A stretch of 57,026 bases of DNA from Thermodesulfovibrionales bacterium (lineage in GTDB: Bacteria > Nitrospirota > Thermodesulfovibrionia > Thermodesulfovibrionales > SM23-35). The notes beneath the pieces are model-generated. The model searched no databases and was not told where the DNA came from. It was given only the letters and a program-made list of their open reading frames with translations. The DNA lies in contig JASEEX010000008.1 of assembly GCA_030019415.1 (NCBI GenBank), positions 1 to 57,026 on the forward strand, in the 5' to 3' direction. Position 1 is the first letter of the stretch. Every line of letters begins with the position of its first letter. The position numbers and the translations under genes are program-made. Positions 47,155-57,026 of this stretch are shown here, in pieces.

Positions 47155-47643
47155 ATGGAGAATATAAACGACATAAGAACCGGTTTCGGTTACGACTCTC
47201 ACAGGCTTGTTGAGGGCAGAAGACTTATACTCGGCGGTGTAGATATCCCCTTTGAAAAGGGCCTCCTCGGCCACTCCGATGGAGATGTTTTATGCCACGC
47301 GATAATCGACTCCGTTATCGGTGCCATCGGCCTTGGCGATATAGGGAGACATTTCCCTGATACTGACCCGGAATGGGAAGACGCCTTTAGCATCGAGTTA
47401 CTTAAAAGCGTTATTGAGCTTGTAAGGCTGAGGGGTTTTGAATTCTTATGGTTAGATACCACCATCGTTGCAGAAGAACCCAAGCTCTCTCCTTACATCG
47501 AATCCATGAAAGAGGCAATATCAAAATCTGGAATCCCTTCAGGGTTAATCAATATTAAGGCCAAAACGAATGAAGGCATGGGATTCATCGGCCGTGGTGA
47601 GGGCATCGCAGCCTGTGCGGTTTGTCTGTTAAAAAAGGTTTAA
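47155..47643 (+). CDS. ispF: MECDP synthase
   Basis: GYDSH, GHSDGDV..HA, GDIG.HFP, KAKT.E. Confidence 0.96.
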   Translation: MENINDIRTGFGYDSHRLVEGRRLILGGVDIPFEKGLLGHSDGDVLCHAIIDSVIGAIGLGDIGRHFPDTDPEWEDAFSIELLKSVIELVRLRGFEFLWLDTTIVAEEPKLSPYIESMKEAISKSGIPSGLINIKAKTNEGMGFIGRGEGIAACAVCLLKKV

Positions 47644-48410
47644 TACCCCTTTAATAATATATTTGAAAGCCTTGCGAACTCTTCAATGCTTAAAGTCTCT
47701 GGCCTCCTATTTGAATCTATCCCTGCCTCGGCCAGCCTCTCTTTAATATCCTCCCTTAAACTTTTAAGAGAGTTGGAAAGCATTTTCCTCCTCTGGGAAA
47801 AGGCTGTCTTTACGACCCTGAAGAAAAATTCTTCATCCTTCACAAAGGCAGAGGGCCTCTCAAGGACCTTAATATGCACAACAGCAGAGTCAACCCTCGG
47901 CACTGGTCTGAATGCACCTTTAGGTATTATGAATTTAAGCCTCGGTTCTGTACAATACTGAACCATTATCGAAAGCAGACCATAATCCTTTCCTCCGGGA
48001 GCTGCTACTATCCTTTCCGCAACCTCTTTCTGGAGAGTCAGCGTTACGGAAATAAGATTTTTTTTCGCCCCAAGAAGCCTGAAGATAATAGGGGTTGTAA
48101 TATAGTAAGGTATATTTGCAACAACCTTAAATTCTGGAAGATTCTCATAAGAATATTTGAGGGCATCTCCATGTATTAATTCCACATTTTTATATTCAGC
48201 AAGTCCAGCTTTTAATTCCTCGAATAACTTATCATCAAGTTCGATGGCGATAACCTTTTTTACCTTTTCTGCAAGCATTCTCGTCAACCTGCCCGGGCCC
48301 GGGCCTATCTCGACAACGAGGTCTTCTCTGGAAAGCTGTGCTACCTGAACAATCCTTCTGAGGATTGATGGGTCATAAAGAAAATTCTGTCCTAAATATC
48401 TCTTTGCCAT
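47640..48410 (-). CDS. rsmA: 16S rRNA dimethyltransferase
   Basis: LGQNFL, EIGPGPG, NIPYYI, QKEVA.R, F.P.P.VDS; start reset to MAKRY. Confidence 0.96.
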   Translation of the reverse strand: MAKRYLGQNFLYDPSILRRIVQVAQLSREDLVVEIGPGPGRLTRMLAEKVKKVIAIELDDKLFEELKAGLAEYKNVELIHGDALKYSYENLPEFKVVANIPYYITTPIIFRLLGAKKNLISVTLTLQKEVAERIVAAPGGKDYGLLSIMVQYCTEPRLKFIIPKGAFRPVPRVDSAVVHIKVLERPSAFVKDEEFFFRVVKTAFSQRRKMLSNSLKSLREDIKERLAEAGIDSNRRPETLSIEEFARLSNILLKGY

Positions 48411-49638
48411 TTTTAATGTTTGGTCCACCTCCTTTAACAGCTTTAAGAATGACCATGCCAATAAGGAAGAAGATAGCCACAGAAAGGATTGCAGGCCTCT
48501 GACTTCCTAAGGAGGAAGATATCAGGCCAAAGATGAGGGGGCCGAGGATAGCAGATGACTTTCCCACTAAAGAATACACACCAAAATATTCTGCTTCTTT
48601 CCCTTCAGGGATAAATTGGGTATACAATGCCCTCGTAGCTGCCCGAACAGTGCCAAGTCCGAGCCCGGCTAAAGAGGCCAGCACCCAGAACTGTGCCTTA
48701 GTCTGAACAAAGAAGGCAATAGTTGCAACAGATGTCCACATGAGAAGTGAAATCATGACAACCTTTTTAGGGCCCCTTAAATCAATAGGTTTTGCCATTA
48801 AAAAGGACCCGAGAAGGGCTGTTACCTGAACGATTATGTAAAGAGCAATCAGTTCCTGTGGTTCAAAGCCGAGGGTAGTGGCAGCAAAAATGCTCGAGAA
48901 TACTATCACCGTATTCAAACCATCTTCGTATATAAGATATGAAATCAAGAACTTCTTCAACTCCTTTTTTCCCCATATTTCCTTTAGGGTCCCTATGGTG
49001 AATCTAAGACCTCTGATTCCTGCACCGACTACTGAGAATTCACCCTTTGTATCCCCGGGTAGAAAAAGAAAGGCAGGTATAGAAAAGAGGCCAAAAAAGG
49101 TGGCAACCATAAGCCATGTTACCTCGAACTGACCGGCTCTTACTAATGGAATGGCAAATAGGAGCGAGATTATAGAGCCGGCATAACCAACCCCGAATCC
49201 CCACGCCGAGACCCTGCCCTGATATTCCTGAGGGGCTACCCTTGGGAGGAAGGAGTTGTAAAAGACAAGCCCTCCCTCCATGCCGATATTCGCAATGGTT
49301 GCAAGGGCGAATCCTTCAAGGATCATTCCTTTATCGAGGATAGAAAGGCCTGCAATGGCAGCTACACTTAAGGCGGTGTAAAGAAAGAGAAACCTCTTTC
49401 TGATACCACCGTAATCCGCTATACCTCCGAGAAAGGGGGAACTTAAGGCTACAGATGCCATGCTGACTGATATTACCCTTCCCCACCATAGATCCCCAAG
49501 CCCTGTTTCATTTCCAACAATGGTATTTGCATAATAAACAGGGAAAACAACTGAGGCTATTACAGCAGAGTAACTGGAGTTTGCAAAGTCAAAAAAGGTC
49601 CAGCTTATAATATGTTTTTTATTCAGGTTCATTACCAA
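48373..49638 (-). CDS. MFS transporter (UMF1/Atg22-like)
   Basis: W..FDFANS, FYNSFLP, SAWGFGVGYAG, EYFG.Y; about 12 TM helices. Confidence 0.85.
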   Translation of the reverse strand: MVMNLNKKHIISWTFFDFANSSYSAVIASVVFPVYYANTIVGNETGLGDLWWGRVISVSMASVALSSPFLGGIADYGGIRKRFLFLYTALSVAAIAGLSILDKGMILEGFALATIANIGMEGGLVFYNSFLPRVAPQEYQGRVSAWGFGVGYAGSIISLLFAIPLVRAGQFEVTWLMVATFFGLFSIPAFLFLPGDTKGEFSVVGAGIRGLRFTIGTLKEIWGKKELKKFLISYLIYEDGLNTVIVFSSIFAATTLGFEPQELIALYIIVQVTALLGSFLMAKPIDLRGPKKVVMISLLMWTSVATIAFFVQTKAQFWVLASLAGLGLGTVRAATRALYTQFIPEGKEAEYFGVYSLVGKSSAILGPLIFGLISSSLGSQRPAILSVAIFFLIGMVILKAVKGGGPNIKNGKEIFRTEFSL

Positions 49639-49645
49639 TGGCTTT

Positions 49646-49745
49646 GGCAGGACATAGCATTTTCGCTCATTCTCGGTCGTATCGACCTCCGAGGTGAATT
49701 CTGTCTTCGACAGAATTCAAAACCGCTCAAATGCTATGTCCTGCC
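49646..49745. mobile_element. Inverted core copy of the 220-bp MITE family
   Basis: 17-bp IR GGCAGGACATAGCATTT / AAATGCTATGTCCTGCC; internal sequence matches 9799-9938 in reverse. Confidence 0.8.
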
Positions 49746-49767
49746 TTTCCTTATCTGATCTGCTAAA

Positions 49768-50742
49768 TCATATCCTTAAAATCGCTGCCATTTTTATCGC
49801 CTCAATCATGCTTGATGGACTGGCAATACCTTTCCACGCAATATCGTATGCTGTGCCGTGGTCAGGAGAAGTTCGGATAATAGGCAGTCCTACTGTCAAA
49901 TTTACCCCTTCATCAAAGGCAATCATTTTTAAGGGAATCAACCCCTGGTCATGATACATGCAGACAATAATATCAATCTCACCTCTGTATGCCTTATGGA
50001 AAACAGTATCTGAAGGATATGGACCTGAAACAGGAACCCCTTCTCTTAACGCCTCTTTAACAGCGGGGATTATTTCTTTAATTTCTTCATCACCGAATAG
50101 CCCTGTTTCTCCTGCGTGAGGATTAAGTCCGGCAACAGCTATTCTCGGGGCCTTAATTCCGAGCATGTCGCATGCCTTCTTTGCGAGACGAAGGGTCTTT
50201 AATATCCTATCCTTTGTAATTAAAGCAGGGACGCTCTTCAATGGCGTATGGATTGTAGCAAGAATAATCCTCAATGGCCCACCAGTAAGCATCATTACAT
50301 AGTCTTTTGTATCAGTTAAATCAGCGAGCATCTCTGTATGGCCAGGCCATTCAAAACCAGCCATCTTCAATGCCTTTTTTGAAATTGGAGCTGTGACAAT
50401 TCCATCAACCTGCCTGTTCAATGCAAGCTCAACGGCCCTTTTTATGTAGCTCACACATGCCCTACCACCCTCTGCAGTCGGTTCACCTTTCTTATATTTT
50501 TCGATTATTCCCATATCAATAAGCCCAATTGTCCCAACAGATGGCTCAGATTCTTCAGGTGATTTGATTATCCCCAATTTTATTGGGAGATTAAGAAGTC
50601 TTAATGCCTCTTCCATAACAACCCTGTCACCTATAACCAAAGGAGTGCAGTAATCCTTTACCTCAGCACAGTAAAAAGCTTTTACAATTATTTCAGGCCC
50701 GACCCCCCCAGGGTCTCCCATTGTGATAGCGAGTTTCTTCAT
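49768..50742 (-). CDS. pdxA: 4-hydroxythreonine-4-phosphate dehydrogenase
   Basis: TMGDP.GVGPE, TAPISK, GHTE, LNPHAGE, MYHDQGL, RTSPDHGTA; start reset to MKKLAI. Confidence 0.93.
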   Translation of the reverse strand: MKKLAITMGDPGGVGPEIIVKAFYCAEVKDYCTPLVIGDRVVMEEALRLLNLPIKLGIIKSPEESEPSVGTIGLIDMGIIEKYKKGEPTAEGGRACVSYIKRAVELALNRQVDGIVTAPISKKALKMAGFEWPGHTEMLADLTDTKDYVMMLTGGPLRIILATIHTPLKSVPALITKDRILKTLRLAKKACDMLGIKAPRIAVAGLNPHAGETGLFGDEEIKEIIPAVKEALREGVPVSGPYPSDTVFHKAYRGEIDIIVCMYHDQGLIPLKMIAFDEGVNLTVGLPIIRTSPDHGTAYDIAWKGIASPSSMIEAIKMAAILRI

Positions 50743-50924
50743 AATTCCAAAATTTGAATCTTCTCCCGACCTACAGCGGTTTTCTTTATCAGTAGCCAGA
50801 CAGTTATAGTTTACCCTATTGTTGCAATAATACATATACGCAAAACTCTACGCTCACCCGTTAGAAAGGAAGCCCATCTTGTTACGAGAGCTGAGGAAAA
50901 AGTTAAATAAAGGAAGGCATACCT

Positions 50925-51707
50925 CTAAGGATTTGTATTGCCACGATACTCTTCGATGCCAGTCAAAGATTTAAGCCTCCTGTAGATAATATGTGCCATG
51001 CTGAAGAGATTTACGGTATCTTCTTTATTGTAAAGCACGAGTAAATCGAGGGCCCTGCTATTTCCCCTTTTTACCTCCTGCCATAGCAGGACCGCATCGT
51101 AACCGTCCATCTCTCTTACCTCATCCTGCCTCTGTATCCCAAAATATTGCTCAAGTCTTTTGAGACCACTCTTCAGAGCGAGTCTCCTCGCACCAAAACA
51201 GAGGTCGAAGTGCGGAATATTGAATCTGAGTCTGCGGAAGCAACTTCTTAGAAAGGGTATGTCAAATACAGAACCATAGAAGGTGATAAGATATTTATAT
51301 TTAGAGATCTCTTCATTCAGAGAATCCGCTGTTAGATTTTCTCCCCTCACAAAACACTTATAGTCTTTACCGTCGTATATTCCAACAAGGGTCACATATC
51401 CACCTCTGCCAAGGGGAAAACCATTCGTCTCTATATCGATGCAGACAGTATCATCTTTAAAGACCTCGAAGAGCCTCCAGTGTTCGCTCCTTTTCAGGGT
51501 TGTTGCGAAATACTCTGCATTGCCCTCATTTAGCTCTGTATATGCGGAAAATAGTGCCTCATCAAAGAGCCTTTTTTTCTGCGGATTTATGAACGAAAGG
51601 TTATTTGAATCAAGAAAATGAGTCCATGTAAGAATGCCTTCTCTCCAGAGCCTCCTTTCAAGCCTCTGGCCTATTCCATTAAGTATGGTAAATGTGCTCC
51701 TTATCAT
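50925..51707 (-). CDS. YprB-like RNase H-fold exonuclease
   Basis: DIETNG, TFYG..FD.PF, H.DL, GLK.LE, YNKED. Confidence 0.85.
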   Translation of the reverse strand: MIRSTFTILNGIGQRLERRLWREGILTWTHFLDSNNLSFINPQKKRLFDEALFSAYTELNEGNAEYFATTLKRSEHWRLFEVFKDDTVCIDIETNGFPLGRGGYVTLVGIYDGKDYKCFVRGENLTADSLNEEISKYKYLITFYGSVFDIPFLRSCFRRLRFNIPHFDLCFGARRLALKSGLKRLEQYFGIQRQDEVREMDGYDAVLLWQEVKRGNSRALDLLVLYNKEDTVNLFSMAHIIYRRLKSLTGIEEYRGNTNP

Positions 51708-51760
51708 GGCTCATATTATACCTTATTCAGTACCTTTAAACTTAGTAATCTTTTCCTCTC

Positions 51761-51977
51761 GTAAGCATCACCTTTTCCGTGATAAGTTAACCACGAATCT
51801 ATAAAAGGCAATAAATGGCAGGATATAGTATTTGAGCGGTTTCGTTTGCCGATAGTCCAACGAGAATATTTATAATATAAGGAGGCAAAAGCCTCGGAGT
51901 CCCGCACCATAACATGGTGCGGGACGAGAATGAGCGAGAATACTATATCCTGTCATCACGGAATTGGAGATGCTTCC
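51761..51977. mobile_element. 217-bp MITE, copy 2
   Basis: TIR GTAAGCATCAC/GAGATGCTTCC; 9-bp TSD TTTCCTCTC (51752-51760, 51978-51986). Confidence 0.9.
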
Positions 51978-52028
51978 TTTCCTCTCTTGACCTTTTGTCT
52001 ATGTCCCTCGGAAGGAATCGGGATAGAA

Positions 52029-52253
52029 TTAAAGGGAAAATGGAATTTTCAGTCTCCTTCTCTTGTATCCAATGAGTATAAAGTCATCTTTTTCCTTCTC
52101 CTTTATCTTTTTGATCGCCAGGTCCATGAGAATCTCCTTTTCCTCAGCATTTCTTTCGACCTGCTTCCTGTATCTTTTAAATCCTAACTCTTCTCTCAGA
52201 AGAAGAAAATCAATTGGAGATGCATCCTCATATTTTTTTATTCTTACCTTCAT
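52029..52253 (-). CDS. Small basic hypothetical protein coupled to the upstream nucleotidyltransferase
   Basis: ATGA overlap with the 52250-52816 ORF; 74 aa. Confidence 0.5.
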   Translation of the reverse strand: MKVRIKKYEDASPIDFLLLREELGFKRYRKQVERNAEEKEILMDLAIKKIKEKEKDDFILIGYKRRRLKIPFSL

Positions 52254-52816
52254 TTCTCAACTTTTCTCTTTAATTCCAAAAGCTCTGATACTGTATTATT
52301 TTCAGGTCTTGTTGCCTTCCTTTCCAGATAAAGCCAGTCTAATTCTTTTGTATACCTTCTAACAAGAAGCTCTGCCATCTCGCAGTCTATCTCTGATTTC
52401 CAGTATTTGCACGCGTTCAGGCGGTCTATTATCAAGTCTTCTATTCCGATAATCCTGCATTGAAGGCCCTCGCCAAATTCAACGATTTCGATGGGCGCCT
52501 CTTCATCTGCCAAAACAGATGCTGGTGCCTCTACTGCTATCTTCAGGTCCTCATTAATCCAGTATCTGCCTCTCTTATTAAATCCTATGCTTTTTAAGAC
52601 ATCGTCAAGGGCCTCTCTATCTGCATAAGCCAGATCTATATCTGCCGTAAAATAAACCTCCCTTGAGTAATAGGATAAAGCACACCCCCCTATAATTATG
52701 GGGCCATCTTTACCCTTTTCATTAAGCAGATTGGTAATCAATGCAACCATAAGAAGTTGCCTCTTTAAAGGAGATTCTGTATGTCTTATTTTCTCGACTA
52801 TTTCATTTGCATCCAT
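52250..52816 (-). CDS. Pol-beta-type nucleotidyltransferase (DUF6036/AbiEii-like)
   Basis: IIGGCA..Y....YFTADID, EDLIIDRL. Confidence 0.7.
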   Translation of the reverse strand: MDANEIVEKIRHTESPLKRQLLMVALITNLLNEKGKDGPIIIGGCALSYYSREVYFTADIDLAYADREALDDVLKSIGFNKRGRYWINEDLKIAVEAPASVLADEEAPIEIVEFGEGLQCRIIGIEDLIIDRLNACKYWKSEIDCEMAELLVRRYTKELDWLYLERKATRPENNTVSELLELKRKVEK

Positions 52817-52940
52817 GAACTAAATAATAACAACTTCTCATCCCTACTACAAGTGAGTTCCTTGTCTTGGAATTAGAGAAAATCCCGCATCATTAAAAAT
52901 TTACAACCTTTGTGTCACTTTTGAGTTAAAATATAATTCT

Positions 52941-54665
52941 ATGAATTCCATATTCAACGAGCTTCTCGAGCTTACAAAAGAACCCAAGATAGCCTACTTC
53001 TCTATGGAGATAGGCATTCAGAATGACATCCCCACATACAGCGGTGGCCTCGGTGTGCTCGCAGGGGATACTATCAGGTCGGGGGCTGACCTTAAACTTC
53101 CGATGGTTGCTGTAACCCTTATTAGCAAAAAGGGATATTTCAGACAGGAGCTGGACGAGAGAGGAAGACAGACGGAGCACCCTGTCTCCTGGGATCCCTC
53201 TCAATATATGACACTCCTTCCCACCAGGATCTCTGTACAGATTGAAGGGAGGGATGTTGCGGTTCAGGCATGGCTACATAAAGTAAGAAGTCTGACAGGC
53301 GGGAGTGTACCAGTCTTCTTCCTTGATACAGATGTACAAGGGAATATGTTAGAGGACAGGGAGATTACCTCTTATCTCTATGGTGGTGACCAGACATACA
53401 GGCTGAAGCAGGAGATAGTCCTCGGGATTGGTGGGGTAAGGATGCTCCATGAGCTCGGCTTTGAGATAAAGAAATATCACATGAATGAGGGGCATTCAAG
53501 TCTGCTCACTGTTGAACTTCTTAATATGTATAAACGTCCAATAGAAGATGTCTGGGATGAAAGGCTGGTATGGGATGTAGATAGAGTAAAAGACCTCTGT
53601 GTATTCACAACTCATACACCTGTTGAGGCAGGGCATGATAAATTCCCTTACGAGCTAGTTAAAAGGATTGTGGGAGAACTGATACCTTTCTATGTCTTAA
53701 AGGAACTCGGTGGCCGTGATTACCTCAATATGACTCTTCTCGGACTGAATCTGAGCGAGTATATCAATGGGGTTGCAAAAAAACACATGGAGATTTCCCG
53801 AAATATGTTCCCTGGATATGAGATCAGTGCTATCACAAATGGTGTTCATTCATACACATGGACGTGTGATAGTTTTAAGAGGCTTTACGATAAATATCTC
53901 CCCGCATGGGCTAATGAACCAGAATTATTTGTGAGGGTTGGCCGGATACCCGATGAAGAGATCTGGAATGCCCATATGGAAGCGAAAAAAAATCTCTTCG
54001 ATTATATCAAGGCAGAAATAGGAATAGAGTTCGATCTCGAGACCTTTACCATAGGGTTTGCAAGGAGGGCGACAGCATATAAAAGGCCCGACCTCCTATT
54101 CAGCAATATTGAAAGGCTCGAGAGGATAGGGGCAGGGAAACTCCAGATTGTCTATGCTGGGAAGGCACATCCACAAGATGAGACAGGCAAAAGGCTGATA
54201 GAGAAGATATTCTCTTTCAAAGAAAGGCTAAAGGATAAGATTAAAATGGTTTATCTAAAAAATTATGACATGGAAATTGCCCTCAGGCTCATCTCCGGCG
54301 TTGATATCTGGCTTAATACCCCCTTGAGGCCGAGAGAGGCCTCTGGCACGAGTGGTATGAAGGCAGCACACAATGGTGTATTGAATTTCAGCGTCCTCGA
54401 CGGGTGGTGGATAGAAGGCTATATTGAGGGATTTACGGGTTGGTCTATTGGCCCGCCCCCTACTGAGACAGGACTTGTCGAAAACATGGATACAAGGGAT
54501 GCCGATGACCTCTACAATAAACTCGAATATATCATTATCCCCCTTTTTTACAATGACAGACATACATGGATAAGGATGATGCAGAACGCTATAGGTAAAA
54601 ACGCCTATTACTTCAATAGCCACAGGATGATGCGAAGGTACGTCCCAGAGGCATATATACGATAA
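52941..54665 (+). CDS. glgP: Alpha-glucan phosphorylase (short form)
   Basis: AYFSME, YSGGLG.LAGD, HMNEGH, FTTHTP, ITNGVH, FARR..YKR, EASGTSGMK. Confidence 0.95.
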   Translation: MNSIFNELLELTKEPKIAYFSMEIGIQNDIPTYSGGLGVLAGDTIRSGADLKLPMVAVTLISKKGYFRQELDERGRQTEHPVSWDPSQYMTLLPTRISVQIEGRDVAVQAWLHKVRSLTGGSVPVFFLDTDVQGNMLEDREITSYLYGGDQTYRLKQEIVLGIGGVRMLHELGFEIKKYHMNEGHSSLLTVELLNMYKRPIEDVWDERLVWDVDRVKDLCVFTTHTPVEAGHDKFPYELVKRIVGELIPFYVLKELGGRDYLNMTLLGLNLSEYINGVAKKHMEISRNMFPGYEISAITNGVHSYTWTCDSFKRLYDKYLPAWANEPELFVRVGRIPDEEIWNAHMEAKKNLFDYIKAEIGIEFDLETFTIGFARRATAYKRPDLLFSNIERLERIGAGKLQIVYAGKAHPQDETGKRLIEKIFSFKERLKDKIKMVYLKNYDMEIALRLISGVDIWLNTPLRPREASGTSGMKAAHNGVLNFSVLDGWWIEGYIEGFTGWSIGPPPTETGLVENMDTRDADDLYNKLEYIIIPLFYNDRHTWIRMMQNAIGKNAYYFNSHRMMRRYVPEAYIR

Positions 54666-54772
54666 ATAACCAATTACCAAATTACAATAACCAAAAAACA
54701 CTTGAGTTTTGCGATTGGTAATTGGTTATTGGAACTTATTTGATGTTTGGTTATTGATTATTGGTGATTTGG
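54666..54772. repeat. AATAACC / GGTTATT array hairpin
   Basis: Same architecture as 46950-47104. Confidence 0.8.
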
Positions 54773-54798
54773 TCAGGTAAAAATATTCTACTTTTGAA

Positions 54799-55695
54799 AT
54801 GAATAATATAAAGGAGATAGAGACAAATCTCGAGGTAACAGTGCGCTTTCTATCAGAAGAAATAGGGTCAAGGAGTTATAAGGATTTAGAGGAACTTGAG
54901 AGGTCCGCTGATTACATAGAAGAAAAAATGGTTTCCTCCGGGTGTGATGTAAAGAGACAGTCTTTCACATATATGGGAAACACCTATCACAATATCATTG
55001 GAGAAGTAAGCCCCGTTAGAAAAGATATTTCTAACGGGGTAAGAGGTGATAAGGAATCGGAAACCCTTATCATAGGCGCTCACTATGACACGGTCCCGGG
55101 CACACCAGGTGCTGATGATAATGCAAGCGGAATTGCAGGCTTGCTTGAACTCGCAAGGCTTGCTGCCCTGAAACCATCCCCAAGGACTGTTCGGTTTGTT
55201 GCCTTTACCCTCGAAGAGCCACCCTTATTCAAAACAAGACATATGGGTAGCTATATGTATGCAAAAAGCCTTAAGAAAGAGAAGGTAAAGGTTGAGGGTA
55301 TGATATCCCTCGAGATGATTGGCTATTTCTGTGAGAGAAAGGGATGCCAGTACTATCCCTTTCCTTTCTTCAAATTGTTTTATCCAGAAAAAGGTGACTT
55401 CATTGCCTTTGTAGGGAATATATCCTCGAGGGCATTCACAAAAAGGGTAAAAAATGCCTTTCAGAAAGCATCAACCTTGCCCGTAGAGTCCCTCAACACC
55501 GTATCCATTGTTCCTGGAGTTGACTTTTCTGATCACTCATCATTCTGGAGCTTTGGCTATCCGGCATTCATGATAACAGACACTGCATTCTATAGAAATC
55601 CTAATTATCATACTGCAGGGGATAGGGCTCATACACTCGATTATAAAACGATGGCACTACTAATCTATGGACTTAAATCCGCTCTTATTCCCTGA
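54799..55695 (+). CDS. M28 family Zn peptidase with an 11-aa element-derived insert
   Basis: [20 protein letters not shown]. Confidence 0.9.
   Translation: MNNIKEIETNLEVTVRFLSEEIGSRSYKDLEELERSADYIEEKMVSSGCDVKRQSFTYMGNTYHNIIGEVSPVRKDISNGVRGDKESETLIIGAHYDTVPGTPGADDNASGIAGLLELARLAALKPSPRTVRFVAFTLEEPPLFKTRHMGSYMYAKSLKKEKVKVEGMISLEMIGYFCERKGCQYYPFPFFKLFYPEKGDFIAFVGNISSRAFTKRVKNAFQKASTLPVESLNTVSIVPGVDFSDHSSFWSFGYPAFMITDTAFYRNPNYHTAGDRAHTLDYKTMALLIYGLKSALIP
55011..55039. mobile_element. 29-bp micro-element inserted in frame
   Basis: CCCCGTTAGAAA-AGATA-TTTCTAACGGGG; TSD TAAG (55007-55010, 55040-55043); +33 bp encodes [11 protein letters not shown]. Confidence 0.9.
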
Positions 55696-56938
55696 CCCTC
55701 CTGACATCTGCGCCGAGCCCTGGGAGCTTCTCTTCCATCTTTTCATATCCCCTTTCGAGGTGGTAAATCCTGTGTATAGTCGTCTCTCCCTCTGCTGCGA
55801 GTGCCGCTACAATGAGAGATGCGCTCGCCCTTAAATCAGTCGCCATGAGAGGCGCACACCTTAGCCTTCTAATTCCTTTCACCGTAGCAGTACAGCCCTC
55901 TACCGTAATATCAGCTCCCATCCTCCTCAGTTCTGCAACATGCATAAATCTGTTCTCAAAGATCGTTTCTTTGATTATGCTTGTACCCTCAGCGATGCTC
56001 ATAAGGGCCATAAACTGTGCCTGCATGTCTGTTGGAAAACCAGGATAGGGCATTGTCTTTACATCAGCAGCCTTTGGTCTGGGGGGCCCGATTACCCGCA
56101 TCCCCTCTGATACATTCTCGAAAACAAGGCCAGCCTCTATAAGCTTTATTATTGGAGCATCGAGATGTTCCAGCCTGCAGCCTTTAATAATGATATCACC
56201 GGCAGTAATACCTGCGATCGTCATGAAGGTCCCTGCCTCGATCCTGTCAGGGATTATGGAGTAGTTCAGGGGCCTCAATTCATCCACTCCCTCTATCTCT
56301 ATTACGCTCTCTCCAGCGCCTTTTATTTTTGCTCCCATTGAGATGAGGGCATTTGCAAGATCTACTACCTCCGGCTCCTTTGCAGCATTCTCCAGCAAGG
56401 TTCTGCCCTTTGCTAAAGAAGCAGCCATCATGAGGTTTTCGGTACCTGTAACAGTTGGTATATCAAGATAGATTAACGCACCTTTAAGTCTTTTTGCCTT
56501 TGCAATGACATAACCTGATTCGAGTTCTATTTTTGCACCCATCTTTTCGAGGCCCATCAGGTGAAGGTTTATGGGCCTTGCACCGATAGCACATCCTCCC
56601 GGAAGGGAAACCTTTGCCTTTCCGAATCTCGCAAGCAATGGCCCGATTACAAGGACGGATGCACGCATTGTCCTCACAAGCTCATAGGGTGCCTCGAATA
56701 TACCAATCCTCTCTGTATTTATGACAGCTTTTTTATCTTCATAATGAAATTCTGCGCCGAGATATTCAAGAAGCTGACCAATAGTAAGGATGTCTCTCAG
56801 ATCAGGAACCCTGCTTACAGTGCCGAATCCGGATGAAAGGAGGGATGCTAAGATTATGGGAAGGGCTGCATTCTTTGCACCACTTATCTCGACATCGCCC
56901 TTAAGTCTTCTGCCACCGCGAATTATGAGTTTATCCAA
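55685..56938 (-). CDS. murA: UDP-GlcNAc enolpyruvyl transferase
   Basis: [43 protein letters not shown]. Confidence 0.97.
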   Translation of the reverse strand: MDKLIIRGGRRLKGDVEISGAKNAALPIILASLLSSGFGTVSRVPDLRDILTIGQLLEYLGAEFHYEDKKAVINTERIGIFEAPYELVRTMRASVLVIGPLLARFGKAKVSLPGGCAIGARPINLHLMGLEKMGAKIELESGYVIAKAKRLKGALIYLDIPTVTGTENLMMAASLAKGRTLLENAAKEPEVVDLANALISMGAKIKGAGESVIEIEGVDELRPLNYSIIPDRIEAGTFMTIAGITAGDIIIKGCRLEHLDAPIIKLIEAGLVFENVSEGMRVIGPPRPKAADVKTMPYPGFPTDMQAQFMALMSIAEGTSIIKETIFENRFMHVAELRRMGADITVEGCTATVKGIRRLRCAPLMATDLRASASLIVAALAAEGETTIHRIYHLERGYEKMEEKLPGLGADVRRVRE

Positions 56939-57026
56939 AGTTACACCCTTTAGTATCTATAAGATCGGCCTTTCAGTGTCACGTCCCAGGTAACCGATAC
57001 CACTTCATTCCCAGGTAACGGAGACC

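Noticed and set aside
1764-56993. Numerous short antisense or nested ORFs in the track
   Set aside because: They overlap well-supported genes and show no recognisable motifs.
56985-57026. CCCAGGTAAC direct repeat and GGTAACCGATACC resembling the NrpR box
   Set aside because: Spacing is 13 not 14 bp, it lies at the window edge, and is probably the 3' end of an upstream gene.

Overview
Bacterial chromosomal window; gene content suggests a sulfate-reducing Nitrospirota (Thermodesulfovibrionia-like) genome, which is an inference. It holds: (1) a hybrid tmcD-tmcC-tmcB-hmcA(16 haem)-hmcD-hmcB-hmcC operon beside a MerR regulator with a Cys-rich tail; (2) hemB, glnA and a nitrogen region. There a split glutamate-synthase/hisF/nifA-like cluster is broken by deletions and frameshifts, while an intact operon links a stand-alone FMN glutamate-synthase-family protein to ferredoxin, NuoE, a NuoF with an NADPH-type signature, an FdhA-like protein lacking the catalytic His/Arg, and NrpR. 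Both promoters share a 14-bp operator-like palindrome; (3) a partly deleted peptidoglycan-recycling cluster; (4) housekeeping genes (prmC, bioA, tRNA-Leu, moaC, ispB-like, tyrS, ccsA/resB, degP-like, ispD/F, rsmA, pdxA, glgP, murA); (5) a probable cerR-spt-cerS ceramide operon; (6) MNT-HEPN toxin-antitoxin and remnants. Across the window is a hierarchy of tiny non-autonomous elements with visible target-site duplications: a 15-bp and a 29-bp palindrome (4-bp TSD), a 100-bp relative, a ~220-bp MITE (9-bp TSD), REP-like hairpins and heptamer arrays. Several sit inside protein-coding genes. No transposase or CRISPR array is visible.
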